DNA of 64,000 bases from a virus. Below, one piece after another: positions 10,003-21,035 of this stretch (within the stretch, counting starts at the first letter, position 1; each line of letters begins with the position of its first letter). The stretch lies in the IMG/VR virus record IMGVR_UViG_3300010430_000025, positions 9,394 through 73,393 of that record. The stretch is one strand, 5' to 3'. The notes under the pieces were generated by a model. That model was not told where the DNA came from. It ran no database searches and saw nothing but the letters and a program-made list of their open reading frames with translations. Both the position numbers and the translations under genes were made by a program.

Positions 10003-11825
10003 TGTTGTTAAATAGGAAAAAAAACGGGGGGTATGAGTATGTTCCGCCCCCTAAGTTTTTTAAAACCACCTTAGAGGCTCAACGCTTTTACATGAAAGAG
10101 AAAGAAGCGTGGATAGAAGGATTTGAAGACCTTTGCGGCAGACATTATAGATTCTTAACGCAGGGTATAGTAGAAAGCGGTAGGGGGGGCTTTAAAAGAC
10201 CTTCATACAGGTTTGACGACAGGGCTGTATTTGAAGAAATAACAAAAGGGCTGAATAACTGTGAAGACCTGCTTGTATATTCAGGTAGGGGGGTGGGGAA
10301 ATCATTATGGCAATCAGATGCTGTTGGGTATAATTCTAACGTATTCCCGGGCTGTACACAAATAATAACGGCTTGTGATTTAGACCGTATAACAAAATTT
10401 TTTAACAATAAAATAGACGGAAACTTTAAACATGTTGACAAGCATATATCGCCAACACTAAGGGGGTATAGCAATGCAAAAGGTTATCCCGAAAGAGAAT
10501 ATACTTATAATATAATTAACAATTTCGGAGAAGAGGATTTAGCGCACTCTAAAGTTTTTGGTCGACAAACCAGTCTTTCCTCAAAAGATGTTACAAATAT
10601 TTCTGGTTCTCGTGGTATTTTAATTGCGGTAGACGAGCCGTTTCTACATCCTTATTTAAAAGAATTAATAGCTACATGCGTTGAGGTTTTAACAGAAAAT
10701 AAAGAGCGTATAGGAAGTATGTTCATGGCTGGCACACTAGAGCATGATAGCCCTCAATCGTGTATAGAGCAGCTAAAGTTTTTATTAGAACACAAAGAAA
10801 AGCTAAACATAAGAGATTTATTTCTGCCGTTTTATCATGGGGGAGCATTAAGAGACGACGGAACCTCAGACCATAAAAAACTAATAGATGAATGGGAAAA
10901 GAAGTGTGAGGAATACGAAAAGATGGAGGATAAAACATTTTTATATAACTATAAGAAAAATAATCCCCTTACCGAAGAAGACGTTTTAACCTTATCTATG
11001 GAGGGAGCGTTGCCAGCAGAGGTGTACGCAAATATTGAAGAGCAAAAAAAAATAATCTTAAATACAAAGCCGCCTATTGACAGGGTAAGGGTAGGCAAAG
11101 AAGGGTTTAGTTTAAGCTCATCAGGAAAAATATTATTGTATGAAAAACCAAAAGAGGGAATTAAGTATATAGCTGGTACAGACCCTATTCAAGCGGAAAA
11201 CACCGCAAGCAAAGAGGGTTCTCAATTAGTAACAATAATATATAATACTTTTACTAATACACCTGCTGCTCTTTATGCAGAAAGAACACCTTATTCGGAT
11301 ATTTTAGCTAATAACGTTATAAACCTTTGCGACCATTACAATAAGGCGGTTAATATGATAGAGGCTAATGCGGGGCATATACTAATAGGTAAAATAAAGG
11401 AGTTAAATAGGAGGGATTTGTTAGCAAAGCAACCTAAAAGAACAGGTTTAGCGGTGAAAGCAACATCTAAAGTACCCATATATGGTGTTCGTATAACGGG
11501 AAGTACGCAAGCGCAAGAACTTGCTCACGAACTGCTAATAAAAGAGATGCTAAATAACTCAGGGAATATATGGCACTTAGATATATTAAACGACTTTGCA
11601 AATTATTTAGCAGGGAACTCTGATTATGTGGACGCTTATAAAACACTTCTTATTTATAAAAAAGAGATAGAACTCCGTTCTGCGGTAATGAAAAAAATTA
11701 ACACAGAATATAAATATGTTCCTCTAACCAAGATAGACCATACAGGAAGAAGGGTTAGAACGCTTGTTAAATTTCCTGTGCAAAAAGAAGAAGTTATAAA
11801 AAATAGACGTGATGAAGAAAGTTAG
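10002..11825 (+). CDS. terL: terminase large subunit
   Basis: Walker A SGRGVGKS, Walker B IAVDE, RNase H-like YIAGTDP, IEAN, DYVDA. Confidence 0.9.
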   Translation: MLLNRKKNGGYEYVPPPKFFKTTLEAQRFYMKEKEAWIEGFEDLCGRHYRFLTQGIVESGRGGFKRPSYRFDDRAVFEEITKGLNNCEDLLVYSGRGVGKSLWQSDAVGYNSNVFPGCTQIITACDLDRITKFFNNKIDGNFKHVDKHISPTLRGYSNAKGYPEREYTYNIINNFGEEDLAHSKVFGRQTSLSSKDVTNISGSRGILIAVDEPFLHPYLKELIATCVEVLTENKERIGSMFMAGTLEHDSPQSCIEQLKFLLEHKEKLNIRDLFLPFYHGGALRDDGTSDHKKLIDEWEKKCEEYEKMEDKTFLYNYKKNNPLTEEDVLTLSMEGALPAEVYANIEEQKKIILNTKPPIDRVRVGKEGFSLSSSGKILLYEKPKEGIKYIAGTDPIQAENTASKEGSQLVTIIYNTFTNTPAALYAERTPYSDILANNVINLCDHYNKAVNMIEANAGHILIGKIKELNRRDLLAKQPKRTGLAVKATSKVPIYGVRITGSTQAQELAHELLIKEMLNNSGNIWHLDILNDFANYLAGNSDYVDAYKTLLIYKKEIELRSAVMKKINTEYKYVPLTKIDHTGRRVRTLVKFPVQKEEVIKNRRDEES

Positions 11826-12102
11826 ATTTATAGCTAATAGGCAATATATAGAAGAAAAAATTGACTGCATATACCCTTTAATGAAATTGGTAAAAGGATA
11901 TAGTTATATAGCAAATAAAGTTAACGCTCGATTAAAAAAAGAAGGAAGTACAAAAAAAACAACTACAGATGAAGTTTATAGGTGTATAAATAAGAAACAC
12001 TTAGTTGACGAGTATATACCCTTAATAATAATTGAAGAAACATTTTTATTTTTTAAACAAATAAAAAAGGCTATCCCCACCGAAGCATTAGACAAAGGAT
12101 AA
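11809..12102 (+). CDS. small basic protein, possibly HTH
   Basis: 97 aa, basic and helical. Confidence 0.5.
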   Translation: MMKKVRFIANRQYIEEKIDCIYPLMKLVKGYSYIANKVNARLKKEGSTKKTTTDEVYRCINKKHLVDEYIPLIIIEETFLFFKQIKKAIPTEALDKG

Positions 12103-12141
12103 TAATGCTATATTTGTGTATAAAGAAAATAAAGATTAAAA

Positions 12142-13185
12142 ATGTTGACAGGAGCCGACTTAGCAAAGTATCTTAACCTTAGACTTGATAAAGACTATAG
12201 CGGTTACTTTAACCCTTCTAAACTAAACGCTGCTATAAGGGCGGGTTTTTATAAGATTGTAGAGAGAAAATACCAAGAGCTTAGTTCTCAAAAAACATAC
12301 GATGAATTAACGGGATTTATAAAGACTAATGTTGCAATAGACCTTTTTAATTCGCTGTTATTTATAGACCCCTTGCAGATTATAAATGTAACGGGAAGTT
12401 CCCCTGCTACAATAACCACTTTAAACGCACACAGGCTTGTTAACGGGCAATCTGTTACTATATCTGGTGTTGATGGCATAACAGGCGTTAACGGAACTTT
12501 TGTAGCCACAGTAACAGGTGCTAATACGTTTACTATACCCCCAGCTACCACAGGGACATATACGGCAAATACAGGTAGTATTGTTCCATCAAACGGATTG
12601 TCGGATTACCTACACCACCTAACTTCTTTTTCATATATATTAGGGCAAGATATTAACATATCATCTGTAACGGCAGGGACTAATACTATAGTAGCGACTT
12701 CTCAGCCTCACAATTTAAGAACAAAAGATAGTGTTTTTATAGAAAATGTTGTCGGTATAACAGGCATTAATCAGGAGCATACTAATATTACTGTGCTAAA
12801 CAAAACAAAGTTTTCTATAGGGACGACAACAGGGACATATACTTCTGGCGGAACGGTAAATTTAGTAAATAATAACTCTACAAAACTAAGGAGAAGCAAT
12901 GCAAAGGGATATTATGCTACTGAGCCTACAAATATATTTCCTACCCACGAAATGACTAATGGTACAATAGTTTTTTCACCAACTGCGAGTAAAGTAACAT
13001 TAGATTATATTACTAAACTACCTGTAGAGATAGATGTTAATGATGATGTTATTGACTTAGAAATAACCTATAACCCGAAATTTCTTTACTACTTAATAGA
13101 TAATGTAGTATTTGATTTAAGTGGAGATAATAGAGACAGCCAATTAAGGGCAACAACATCACAAGATGTTGCTATGAACCCATAA
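12142..13185 (+). CDS. tail ring/adaptor protein with two inserted beta-barrel repeats
   Basis: helical termini typical of adaptors (LDK..SGYF); TITT..AH.L..G..V.I.GV.G twice. Confidence 0.65.
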   Translation: MLTGADLAKYLNLRLDKDYSGYFNPSKLNAAIRAGFYKIVERKYQELSSQKTYDELTGFIKTNVAIDLFNSLLFIDPLQIINVTGSSPATITTLNAHRLVNGQSVTISGVDGITGVNGTFVATVTGANTFTIPPATTGTYTANTGSIVPSNGLSDYLHHLTSFSYILGQDINISSVTAGTNTIVATSQPHNLRTKDSVFIENVVGITGINQEHTNITVLNKTKFSIGTTTGTYTSGGTVNLVNNNSTKLRRSNAKGYYATEPTNIFPTHEMTNGTIVFSPTASKVTLDYITKLPVEIDVNDDVIDLEITYNPKFLYYLIDNVVFDLSGDNRDSQLRATTSQDVAMNP

Positions 13186-13239
13186 GCTGTTGTAATGTCA
13201 AAATAATAATTCTTTTCTTTTAATTAGTTACCTTTGATT

Positions 13240-16200
13240 GTGGCTTTTGAAGAAAAAATAACGCCCCGAGGGGGCATGGACAGCGAAACTGATTTAACAG
13301 ACATCAGCAACGGTAACTATTTGCCCACAGCTTATAATATTAGGCATAAAACAACTGACGGCAACTCAACTAATCCCCCTCAAAACATATTAGGAAACGA
13401 GTATGTATATACTGGAGGTTCTGTTACACGGCAAAATAAAAGAGTAGCTATAGCTATAAACGCTATTGCTGCTGGAACAGGAACTATAGTTTTTAAATCT
13501 TCGGGAAACGGAACTGCTATAACAACCACGTCTTTTACAATACCTATTAATGATGTAGAAACAGCTATAGATAATGCCGTTTCGGCTGCTAATACTGCAC
13601 TAACCTCTTATGGAGGTGTTACTGAAATAGCCTCAGAAAGAATTGTTAATAGCAACACCTCTGCTTCTTATGTTATAGAGATGGGGGGGCTATCACAGAA
13701 CAATCAAGGGATAGACTGGCAGGTATCGGTTACGGGAAGTCAAACATTTTTATTCACTACGCAAGAAGCTATCCCAGAGGGATTGGCAGGAGACCTTATA
13801 AAAACAGCACATTTAGTATTAAACAATAATAATTTTCAGTATTGGACAACGCAACAGCTTTTACCTGAAACTAGACAGGTAGTGGAGGCTTCTAACGCTT
13901 CTCCTATACGGATAACAGAAGATACAGCACACGGGCTTAGTGTTGGCGACTTAGTAAATATTAGTGGTGTTAAAAGAAATACTAATGCAAATGGGTTATG
14001 GTTTGTTTCCTCAGTAGCGGATAATTTCACTTACGACTTAGCAGGGAGTGCGAGTTCGGGGACAACTGCTAGTATAGGAATATCAAGCGGTACACAATAC
14101 CTATCAACAGGAGAAATATTAATAACTACTAGCGGAGCGCATTCTATTAGTAATGGAGCGACTGTTTTTATAACAGGTTCTGATGCTAGTGCAAATGGAG
14201 AATGGGAAGCGTTAGTAATATCTACTACAACTTTAGTATTAAAAAGCAGTACTTACACGGGTAATTTTGGCGCAGGAGGAACGATAGTTCAAATAGCTAA
14301 CGCTACTCATAACCCTGTTGGATTAGGAGAGATAGGAGTAGTTACTGTAGATTCTAATGACCTGCATACATATACAAGGCTAATTAGAAGTACTGAGTTT
14401 AATTTTAGAACTAAAAAACAACAAGATATTCGTGGGCAATTTTATAATGACACCTACGCCATTTACTGGGATGATGATTTTAATACAGGAAGGGTATTTT
14501 ACTATGACTATGTCGCCGCTAATGGCTTTGTAACTGACGGGGCAATAAATTATATTGATACCAACGGTAGATACACCTATGGAGACATATCTACAGGTTT
14601 AAACTTAATATTAGTGCCTGACACCGTTGATATTGCTTTTGAAGGGCAATTACAAAGCGGGGGCGCATTAACAGCAGGAAATAAAAGGTATGCGGTAAGC
14701 CTAGTAACAAGTTCTTTAGAGGGGACAGCCTTTTCTAAGCTATCACCCCCTATACCAGTTTATTCGGCTAATACTAATAACCCTACTAATATTCTAGGAA
14801 ACGAAGCAGGGGAAGGTACATCAAAAGCAAACCAAATAAGGATAAGCGGTATAGACCCCGACGTATTTCCTTTTGTTCAAGTAGCGGTAGTAGATTATAG
14901 CGGTGGCTCTTTTTCAGGAACAATAATAGACAGGTATGAAGTGCCTGTAGGGGGTGAGTTGGTGGTAACACATTTTGGGAATGAATCTACCGCCCAAGAC
15001 TTAGACCTTACTTTACTAAACCAAATTACAGCAGATATACAGTCTGCTAAAAACATAGAGATATTAGAAAATAGGCTTATAAGGAGTAATATTACCGCAA
15101 CAGCAGAATATGATTTAAGTGAGTGGGCACAGAATTCGAGTTATAGGCTAAAAAGAGGCTCTATGACCTCCGTAGGGAGTGGAGAAGCACCTGTATTTGG
15201 AGAGTACCAAGACCCTTCCAATGTGTTTAATTTTACATCGGCTATGCTTAATGAAACCTATAGAATGGGTATTCAATTAGAAGATAGAGATACAGGGGTA
15301 TGGACAAGAGTTTATCATGTGGGTGATTTTAAATTTGATACTTCTGCAATAGGAGGCAGAAAGCTAGAAACACTAACGGATTATAATTTAACTAATACTC
15401 CAACGCCACCAGCAGATGCTACTGAAACATATTATTTTTATTTAACCTTAGAAGGGTTTGATTGGGATTATGTACTGCCTAACGGTAAAACGATAAGGGA
15501 ACAATATAAAAGCAGGAGGTTTAGTAGGGCTGAAATTAACACAAGAACTATTTTGCAGACGGGCATAGTTTGTCCAAAGTCTGACAAAGACCCTCTTGTG
15601 TTTTTTGGACCCGCATTAAACTCTTGTGTATTAAGTTCTACCACAGCCGTAACCTCGCCTAGTTTCCCTTACGCTCTGGGGGCGACAGATACAAGAAGGC
15701 AGTCAGGGGTGTTGTTTTCTCCAGATTATATCTTAGGAAGTGTTCAGCCAGAATACGTGAGTGGAGACGAGCTTTATACTTTTGGGCAGCCTCTTTTTCA
15801 AAGAATAAAAGACACAGGGACAGGCGCAGGGACAAGACCTACCGCTGGATATTCAACAATGACAGAGCTTTATGGGGCTGTTGGCACTTCTTTTGACACA
15901 CATGATTTAGACGGAATTACCCCTATTACGAGTGATGAAACAGTTGTTATTTCGGGAGTAACAATAGAGGGGCTTGCTTTTTTAAACGGACTGAATACCC
16001 CCACTTTTAATAGAGTTCCGTCAGGGCTTGCTTTTGCCATTAACACCACCTTCATAACTGATACAGCGGGGTTGATGGCTAGTGATTATGCTGTTTATTA
16101 TTATCAATATTACCGTGCTTCATCTAACCAATATGGAAGCCCTGAAAATAATCAATGGATAGATTTAAGTGCTATTTACGAAATAACAAACGATACTTCT

Positions 16201-18081
16201 AGCTCTACACAAGATGTAGTTTATTTACAAGACTGCTTTACTCAGAAAAGTTATATACGCATTTATGATGCTGCATTTACAGGGCAAAACGGAAAAGTTC
16301 TAGGGTTTTATTCGCAAAACTTAATTAATTCTCAACTAAGGAACGAAACAGGAGAAACAAATCAATTTATTTTTCCGAAAGGGAATGGGAGTAATAGTGG
16401 TTTTGATGGCAGAATAAATGAAGTTACAGTATTTGAAAATACTGAACCGTTTGAATACAACTTAGGCTATAACCTTCCTGTGCAAATACAGTCGGAAGTG
16501 GGATATGACTCTTTATTTCCAAAACAGACTAGATACCCTTCACGGGTATATTATAGTGCGTTTAAACCAAGTGGTTCATTAGTAGATTATTTTAGGACAT
16601 TTTTACCTTTAGATTTTTACGACCAAGATGAAAAGTTTGGTGAGATTAACGGTATGCTTGCTGTTAACGGGGAACTTTATACATGGCAGGAATTTGCCCT
16701 TTATAGACAATTCTTTAGCACACGAGCAGAGTTTAATAGTAGCGACGACACCCAAACAATAGTAGTAGGTAGTGGTAATGTATTTGCTCAGAGAGGAAGA
16801 ATGGTTAACTCTATAGGGTTAACCCATAAATGGGGAATTAATATAGTAAAAACAAACGAAGGACGAGACGCTGTTTACTGGATTAACGCTAAGTTAGGTA
16901 AGCTAATGCGATTTGCGGGTGATGGGGCGAGAATTATTAGTGAAAACGAAAAAGGAGAAGGTAGAATGAGAGCCTTTTTAGCAAATAACCTTAAATGGAC
17001 TATTGGTAAAGATACCCCCGCAGACAGTCAAGGAATACATATTGGTATTAACCTGCGATACTCTGAAATATACTTAACAGTAAGAGCAAAGAAAGAAACA
17101 TCAGCATACGACAATTCTACCACCTATAGCGCAGGAGATAGTGTGCTTTACACCCCTAATTTATATGAACGCAACTTTGAACAAACAGGTGAAATATACG
17201 AGTATACTAACCCTTCCCCTGCGTCAGGGAACCTGCCTACAGACACCGACTACTGGAGAAAGATACCTCACAGCGACAATAACTACTACAATGAATATAC
17301 ATTGGTGTATGACGAAGACAGAAATACTTTTGAATGTTTTTACCACGTAAAACCTACAATATGGGAATCGTGGAACGATAAAATATACAGCCCCAGACCT
17401 GTAACAACTCGTTCACGTATGTACTTACATGAAAAAGGGTATTATGGAAGATGGTATGTAGAGAACGGAGAAACGCTAGGCTCTATAACAAAATCAGCAG
17501 GTTCTGTTTCTGTAAGCGGTTCTGGCACATCGTTTTTATCAGAGTTTCAAGATGGTTACGGGTTGTTAGTAAACGGAAATACTTTAATTGTAATAGCTGT
17601 TTCTGGTGATACAGGGTTGCGTATTGATGATATTTATATTGATGCTAACGGAGATGTGCAAACAGGGGCTACAGCATTAAGTTTTACAGGGGCTTCTTAT
17701 GTTCCAATAAGCCAACAGCTAAGACATTCTTATGTAGAGCCAATAGCTAATATGGAAAATGTTAGTATAAAGTGGTATAAAGCTATTCTTTTTTCCACTC
17801 TAATTATGCCGTATTATGTGAATTTTAAAACCACTTCTCAGATTAGCTATTTAGATAGCGGAGACACTTCTTATGGAGACCCACAATTTATAGACAGAGA
17901 AGGGCTTTGGTTTAGCCCTATTCAAAACGACAGCACTTTATTAGGGATAAACAACGGAGACAGCTCCCAGCTATACGGGAAATGGCTAAGAATAAAACTA
18001 ACATACAGATATTTGCTTTTTCAAGTTTTGGAAGACATAATTGTGAAACAAAATATTTCTAATAGAAATCACAGAAACTAA
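13240..18081 (+). CDS. tail muzzle/nozzle (stabilization) protein
   Basis: about 1610 aa; N-terminal GGMDSETD..NGNY..AYNIR, propeller-like body, CBM5/12-like module; GTG start after TACCTTTG. Confidence 0.75.
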   Translation: MAFEEKITPRGGMDSETDLTDISNGNYLPTAYNIRHKTTDGNSTNPPQNILGNEYVYTGGSVTRQNKRVAIAINAIAAGTGTIVFKSSGNGTAITTTSFTIPINDVETAIDNAVSAANTALTSYGGVTEIASERIVNSNTSASYVIEMGGLSQNNQGIDWQVSVTGSQTFLFTTQEAIPEGLAGDLIKTAHLVLNNNNFQYWTTQQLLPETRQVVEASNASPIRITEDTAHGLSVGDLVNISGVKRNTNANGLWFVSSVADNFTYDLAGSASSGTTASIGISSGTQYLSTGEILITTSGAHSISNGATVFITGSDASANGEWEALVISTTTLVLKSSTYTGNFGAGGTIVQIANATHNPVGLGEIGVVTVDSNDLHTYTRLIRSTEFNFRTKKQQDIRGQFYNDTYAIYWDDDFNTGRVFYYDYVAANGFVTDGAINYIDTNGRYTYGDISTGLNLILVPDTVDIAFEGQLQSGGALTAGNKRYAVSLVTSSLEGTAFSKLSPPIPVYSANTNNPTNILGNEAGEGTSKANQIRISGIDPDVFPFVQVAVVDYSGGSFSGTIIDRYEVPVGGELVVTHFGNESTAQDLDLTLLNQITADIQSAKNIEILENRLIRSNITATAEYDLSEWAQNSSYRLKRGSMTSVGSGEAPVFGEYQDPSNVFNFTSAMLNETYRMGIQLEDRDTGVWTRVYHVGDFKFDTSAIGGRKLETLTDYNLTNTPTPPADATETYYFYLTLEGFDWDYVLPNGKTIREQYKSRRFSRAEINTRTILQTGIVCPKSDKDPLVFFGPALNSCVLSSTTAVTSPSFPYALGATDTRRQSGVLFSPDYILGSVQPEYVSGDELYTFGQPLFQRIKDTGTGAGTRPTAGYSTMTELYGAVGTSFDTHDLDGITPITSDETVVISGVTIEGLAFLNGLNTPTFNRVPSGLAFAINTTFITDTAGLMASDYAVYYYQYYRASSNQYGSPENNQWIDLSAIYEITNDTSSSTQDVVYLQDCFTQKSYIRIYDAAFTGQNGKVLGFYSQNLINSQLRNETGETNQFIFPKGNGSNSGFDGRINEVTVFENTEPFEYNLGYNLPVQIQSEVGYDSLFPKQTRYPSRVYYSAFKPSGSLVDYFRTFLPLDFYDQDEKFGEINGMLAVNGELYTWQEFALYRQFFSTRAEFNSSDDTQTIVVGSGNVFAQRGRMVNSIGLTHKWGINIVKTNEGRDAVYWINAKLGKLMRFAGDGARIISENEKGEGRMRAFLANNLKWTIGKDTPADSQGIHIGINLRYSEIYLTVRAKKETSAYDNSTTYSAGDSVLYTPNLYERNFEQTGEIYEYTNPSPASGNLPTDTDYWRKIPHSDNNYYNEYTLVYDEDRNTFECFYHVKPTIWESWNDKIYSPRPVTTRSRMYLHEKGYYGRWYVENGETLGSITKSAGSVSVSGSGTSFLSEFQDGYGLLVNGNTLIVIAVSGDTGLRIDDIYIDANGDVQTGATALSFTGASYVPISQQLRHSYVEPIANMENVSIKWYKAILFSTLIMPYYVNFKTTSQISYLDSGDTSYGDPQFIDREGLWFSPIQNDSTLLGINNGDSSQLYGKWLRIKLTYRYLLFQVLEDIIVKQNISNRNHRN

Positions 18082-18764
18082 TGAAAGAAAAAACCTTAAA
18101 AGAACTTACGCAAGATAGTATTGCTCAAGTTTCAGGTGCAGCGAAGGTAGATGAAAGTAAGTTTTATGAGCCTACCGTAGATAATTTAATACACGAAGTA
18201 AGGGCTTCTATATTATCTAAACAACAGAATATAATGAAGTCTTGGGTAAGTGAGTTTTTTCCTACTTACTCTACAGAATTGCAAGAAAATGATTATTGTA
18301 CTATAAAAATAGAATCCCCCACGCCTATAATATTTCCAAATCAGGGTGAGGCTTTTATTTATGTAGGCTCTAAGAACGGCATTACACCTTTTAGAAGGAT
18401 AGGAATGATGGGGAGTATTGCTACTGATTACGCTCATCCTGCTACAAAGCCATCTCAAAAAAGAGTTAGCTATGATTTTTCTAACGAAGGAACGGGCTAC
18501 ACCTATATAAGGGTGTACGGTAATGTAAGCATAGAAAATATTTTAGTAAAACTGATAGCCTTTAACCCAACGCAAATCCCAACTTTTAGAAGAGATACTG
18601 ATATATACCCAATAAGCGGAGAGCTAATACCCGAATTAAGATTAGGTGTTTTTAATAAACTTATGCAGCAAATGGCACAAACGCCACAAGATACTATTGC
18701 GGACGGTGAAGACCCTTTAAACGCTATTTATAGGGCAGCAAACGCAATGAAAAGGAATAGGTAG
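18081..18764 (+). CDS. tail ring protein
   Basis: 227 aa after muzzle; D.YPI..EL motif and crAss-like synteny. Confidence 0.6.
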   Translation: MKEKTLKELTQDSIAQVSGAAKVDESKFYEPTVDNLIHEVRASILSKQQNIMKSWVSEFFPTYSTELQENDYCTIKIESPTPIIFPNQGEAFIYVGSKNGITPFRRIGMMGSIATDYAHPATKPSQKRVSYDFSNEGTGYTYIRVYGNVSIENILVKLIAFNPTQIPTFRRDTDIYPISGELIPELRLGVFNKLMQQMAQTPQDTIADGEDPLNAIYRAANAMKRNR

Positions 18765-18796
18765 ATATATATGTAATTATTTAATTAACTTTGCTT

Positions 18797-19474
18797 ATGC
18801 CAATACCATTAGCCGTGCCCATAGCAGGAGCCGTTGTAAAAGGAGCTACAGGAGCTTTTCAGACTTACAATGCAAATAAAAGAATAAAAGCATTAGGGAA
18901 AAGACCCTCTTTTTCTATTACTCCAGAGCAAGATAAAAGCTATAAAAGAGCAGAAAGAGAAGCTCTTTTTGGCTTTAGCCCCGAAGAAACAAATGCTTTT
19001 CAACAAAGAATAGCAAGGCGAAACAATACTATATTTAATCGAGGATTGGCAATAGGTGGGGGAGGCGTTAGTCAAGCTATTAATGCGGCTGTAATGGCAG
19101 GAGAATTGGGCGCAGAAATGGATTTTGCTTCTCAAGGGGCACGACTAAGAAGGGATAAAATACGTTATGCAGACCAAAGAGGTGATGTAATCTCTAACCA
19201 AAGAAATAGAGATACTCAAGAGCGCATTTCTTATAGAAACGCTGTAGAACAGGCTTTAGGCAGGGCAAAGAGCGACGGAATGCTTAATTTTTCAGAAGCA
19301 TTAACAGATATACCCAACGCTTTTTTATTAAAAGATTACTACGATAATCCATTAATTATGGATTACTTAAAATCCCAAAACCAACCCACAGGTAGTGCTT
19401 CTTTGCCTAAATACGGAAAAGATAATTTTAGATACGCCCAACCTATATTAGGATATAACCAAAGAAAAACTTAA
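18797..19474 (+). CDS. internal virion/ejection (cargo) protein
   Basis: G/A-rich hydrophobic N-terminus then helical region, typical of DNA-ejection proteins. Confidence 0.6.
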   Translation: MPIPLAVPIAGAVVKGATGAFQTYNANKRIKALGKRPSFSITPEQDKSYKRAEREALFGFSPEETNAFQQRIARRNNTIFNRGLAIGGGGVSQAINAAVMAGELGAEMDFASQGARLRRDKIRYADQRGDVISNQRNRDTQERISYRNAVEQALGRAKSDGMLNFSEALTDIPNAFLLKDYYDNPLIMDYLKSQNQPTGSASLPKYGKDNFRYAQPILGYNQRKT

Positions 19475-21033
19475 TGGCAGAATTAGCAGGAGCAATAGGG
19501 CTACAAGGTAGACTAAGGGGAGACACTACAAAGAGTTTCCTTAATGATGCTATCCGTATAGGCGAAATACAAAAAAGAGACAGAGCCGCCCAACAAGCCC
19601 TTGTGCAAAAAGAAAAAAAAGGGTTAGACGATTTAATTGGAGGTTCTATAGGTGTTGACTACAATAAAATACACCCTTTTAATAGGGATAATGCTTTGCA
19701 AGCAACAAAAGATTTCGTTTCAAAATCTTACGAAACATCTCGCTCAGGCGACCCTCAAGCGAGGGTAAGTATTACAAACAGAGGAAGCGACCTTGAAAAG
19801 TATATAGCAGATTTAGGGGCTGCCAGTAAAAATCTTTATGCTTTTGAAAATTACGCTAATTCAGGGGGGTATTTGAACGAAGAAGACCAGAAATTTATGG
19901 CTTATGTTAGAACTAAGAACCCTAAGTATATAGAAAATCTTGACTTAACAAAAACAGCAGCAATAAAAGCGTTTGACCCAGAAACAGGAGATGTTGTTTT
20001 TACTCCTTTTAAAAGAGTTGATATAAAAAACGCAGGAATAAAAAAATATTTTAAGCCTAAAGAAAGAGATATAGGAGATTCAGGTAGATTTGATATTATA
20101 GGAGAAGTTTACGACCCGCAAGAGGTAAAAGCATCTGCAATGGCAGATTTTGCCGCCATGCAGGAGGACGACCCTTACTATCAAAACGCCTTAGTAATGT
20201 TTAAAAAACAGGCATTAGAAAATTTACAGAAAAAAGTTAACCCTATTACAGGTGAAAAGATGTATGAAAACATCGATTCATACTCAATGAAAGACCCTTC
20301 CTTTTTGGAAGATTTAGACGCTGAAATAGCAGAGTTATACGGGAATTATTTTGCTGAAATGACACTTCCTAAAAAAGAAAAACTAAGGGCAAAACCAAAA
20401 TCTGGTTCTAGGTCTTCAAGCAAAACAACAAACTACGGCTCTACCTTAACAGACTTCGGGTGGGAGCAGGGTTCTGACGGGTATTATAATGACGGAACAG
20501 GAGAGAGGAAATATACTTCTACATGGAAGGGAAGTACTCAGCCTGTATCTATGAACTTATCAGGGAGCCAAGATTTATTTAGGGCTTCTGACGGCACGTT
20601 TGAAAACAAAACAGGTATTCAATCGTATGAAACGGGGCAGCCAGAAATAACACCTGTATATACTGAGGGTATCAATAAAGGTAAACCTGTGCCAGACGAT
20701 AGATTAGAATTAGATAAGGGCAAGTACAAATATCAAGCGTTAATAAACTTATCGCAAACAACAAAAACTGGAAGTGGAGTAACAGCAGAGACGGTAGTAA
20801 CACCGTATTTAGCTCCTTTAAGTAAAGTTAAAACAGCATATTTATTGAAGTTAGATAAGAGCGAAAAGGAAGCTACACAAGCTCAGTTTTCTGTTATGGA
20901 TAAAGAAATAGAGAGATTAAACAGGGAGCTTAAAAACAGCACAACAACAAAAATCCCGACTACTAACAATGCAGACCCTTTTAGAAAAGAGTTTAATAAC
21001 GCCAACAATAAAAAAGCCCCAAGACCTAGATAA
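19474..21033 (+). CDS. internal virion (cargo) protein
   Basis: 519 aa between ejection protein and giant protein. Confidence 0.55.
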   Translation: MAELAGAIGLQGRLRGDTTKSFLNDAIRIGEIQKRDRAAQQALVQKEKKGLDDLIGGSIGVDYNKIHPFNRDNALQATKDFVSKSYETSRSGDPQARVSITNRGSDLEKYIADLGAASKNLYAFENYANSGGYLNEEDQKFMAYVRTKNPKYIENLDLTKTAAIKAFDPETGDVVFTPFKRVDIKNAGIKKYFKPKERDIGDSGRFDIIGEVYDPQEVKASAMADFAAMQEDDPYYQNALVMFKKQALENLQKKVNPITGEKMYENIDSYSMKDPSFLEDLDAEIAELYGNYFAEMTLPKKEKLRAKPKSGSRSSSKTTNYGSTLTDFGWEQGSDGYYNDGTGERKYTSTWKGSTQPVSMNLSGSQDLFRASDGTFENKTGIQSYETGQPEITPVYTEGINKGKPVPDDRLELDKGKYKYQALINLSQTTKTGSGVTAETVVTPYLAPLSKVKTAYLLKLDKSEKEATQAQFSVMDKEIERLNRELKNSTTTKIPTTNNADPFRKEFNNANNKKAPRPR

Positions 21034-21035
21034 TT

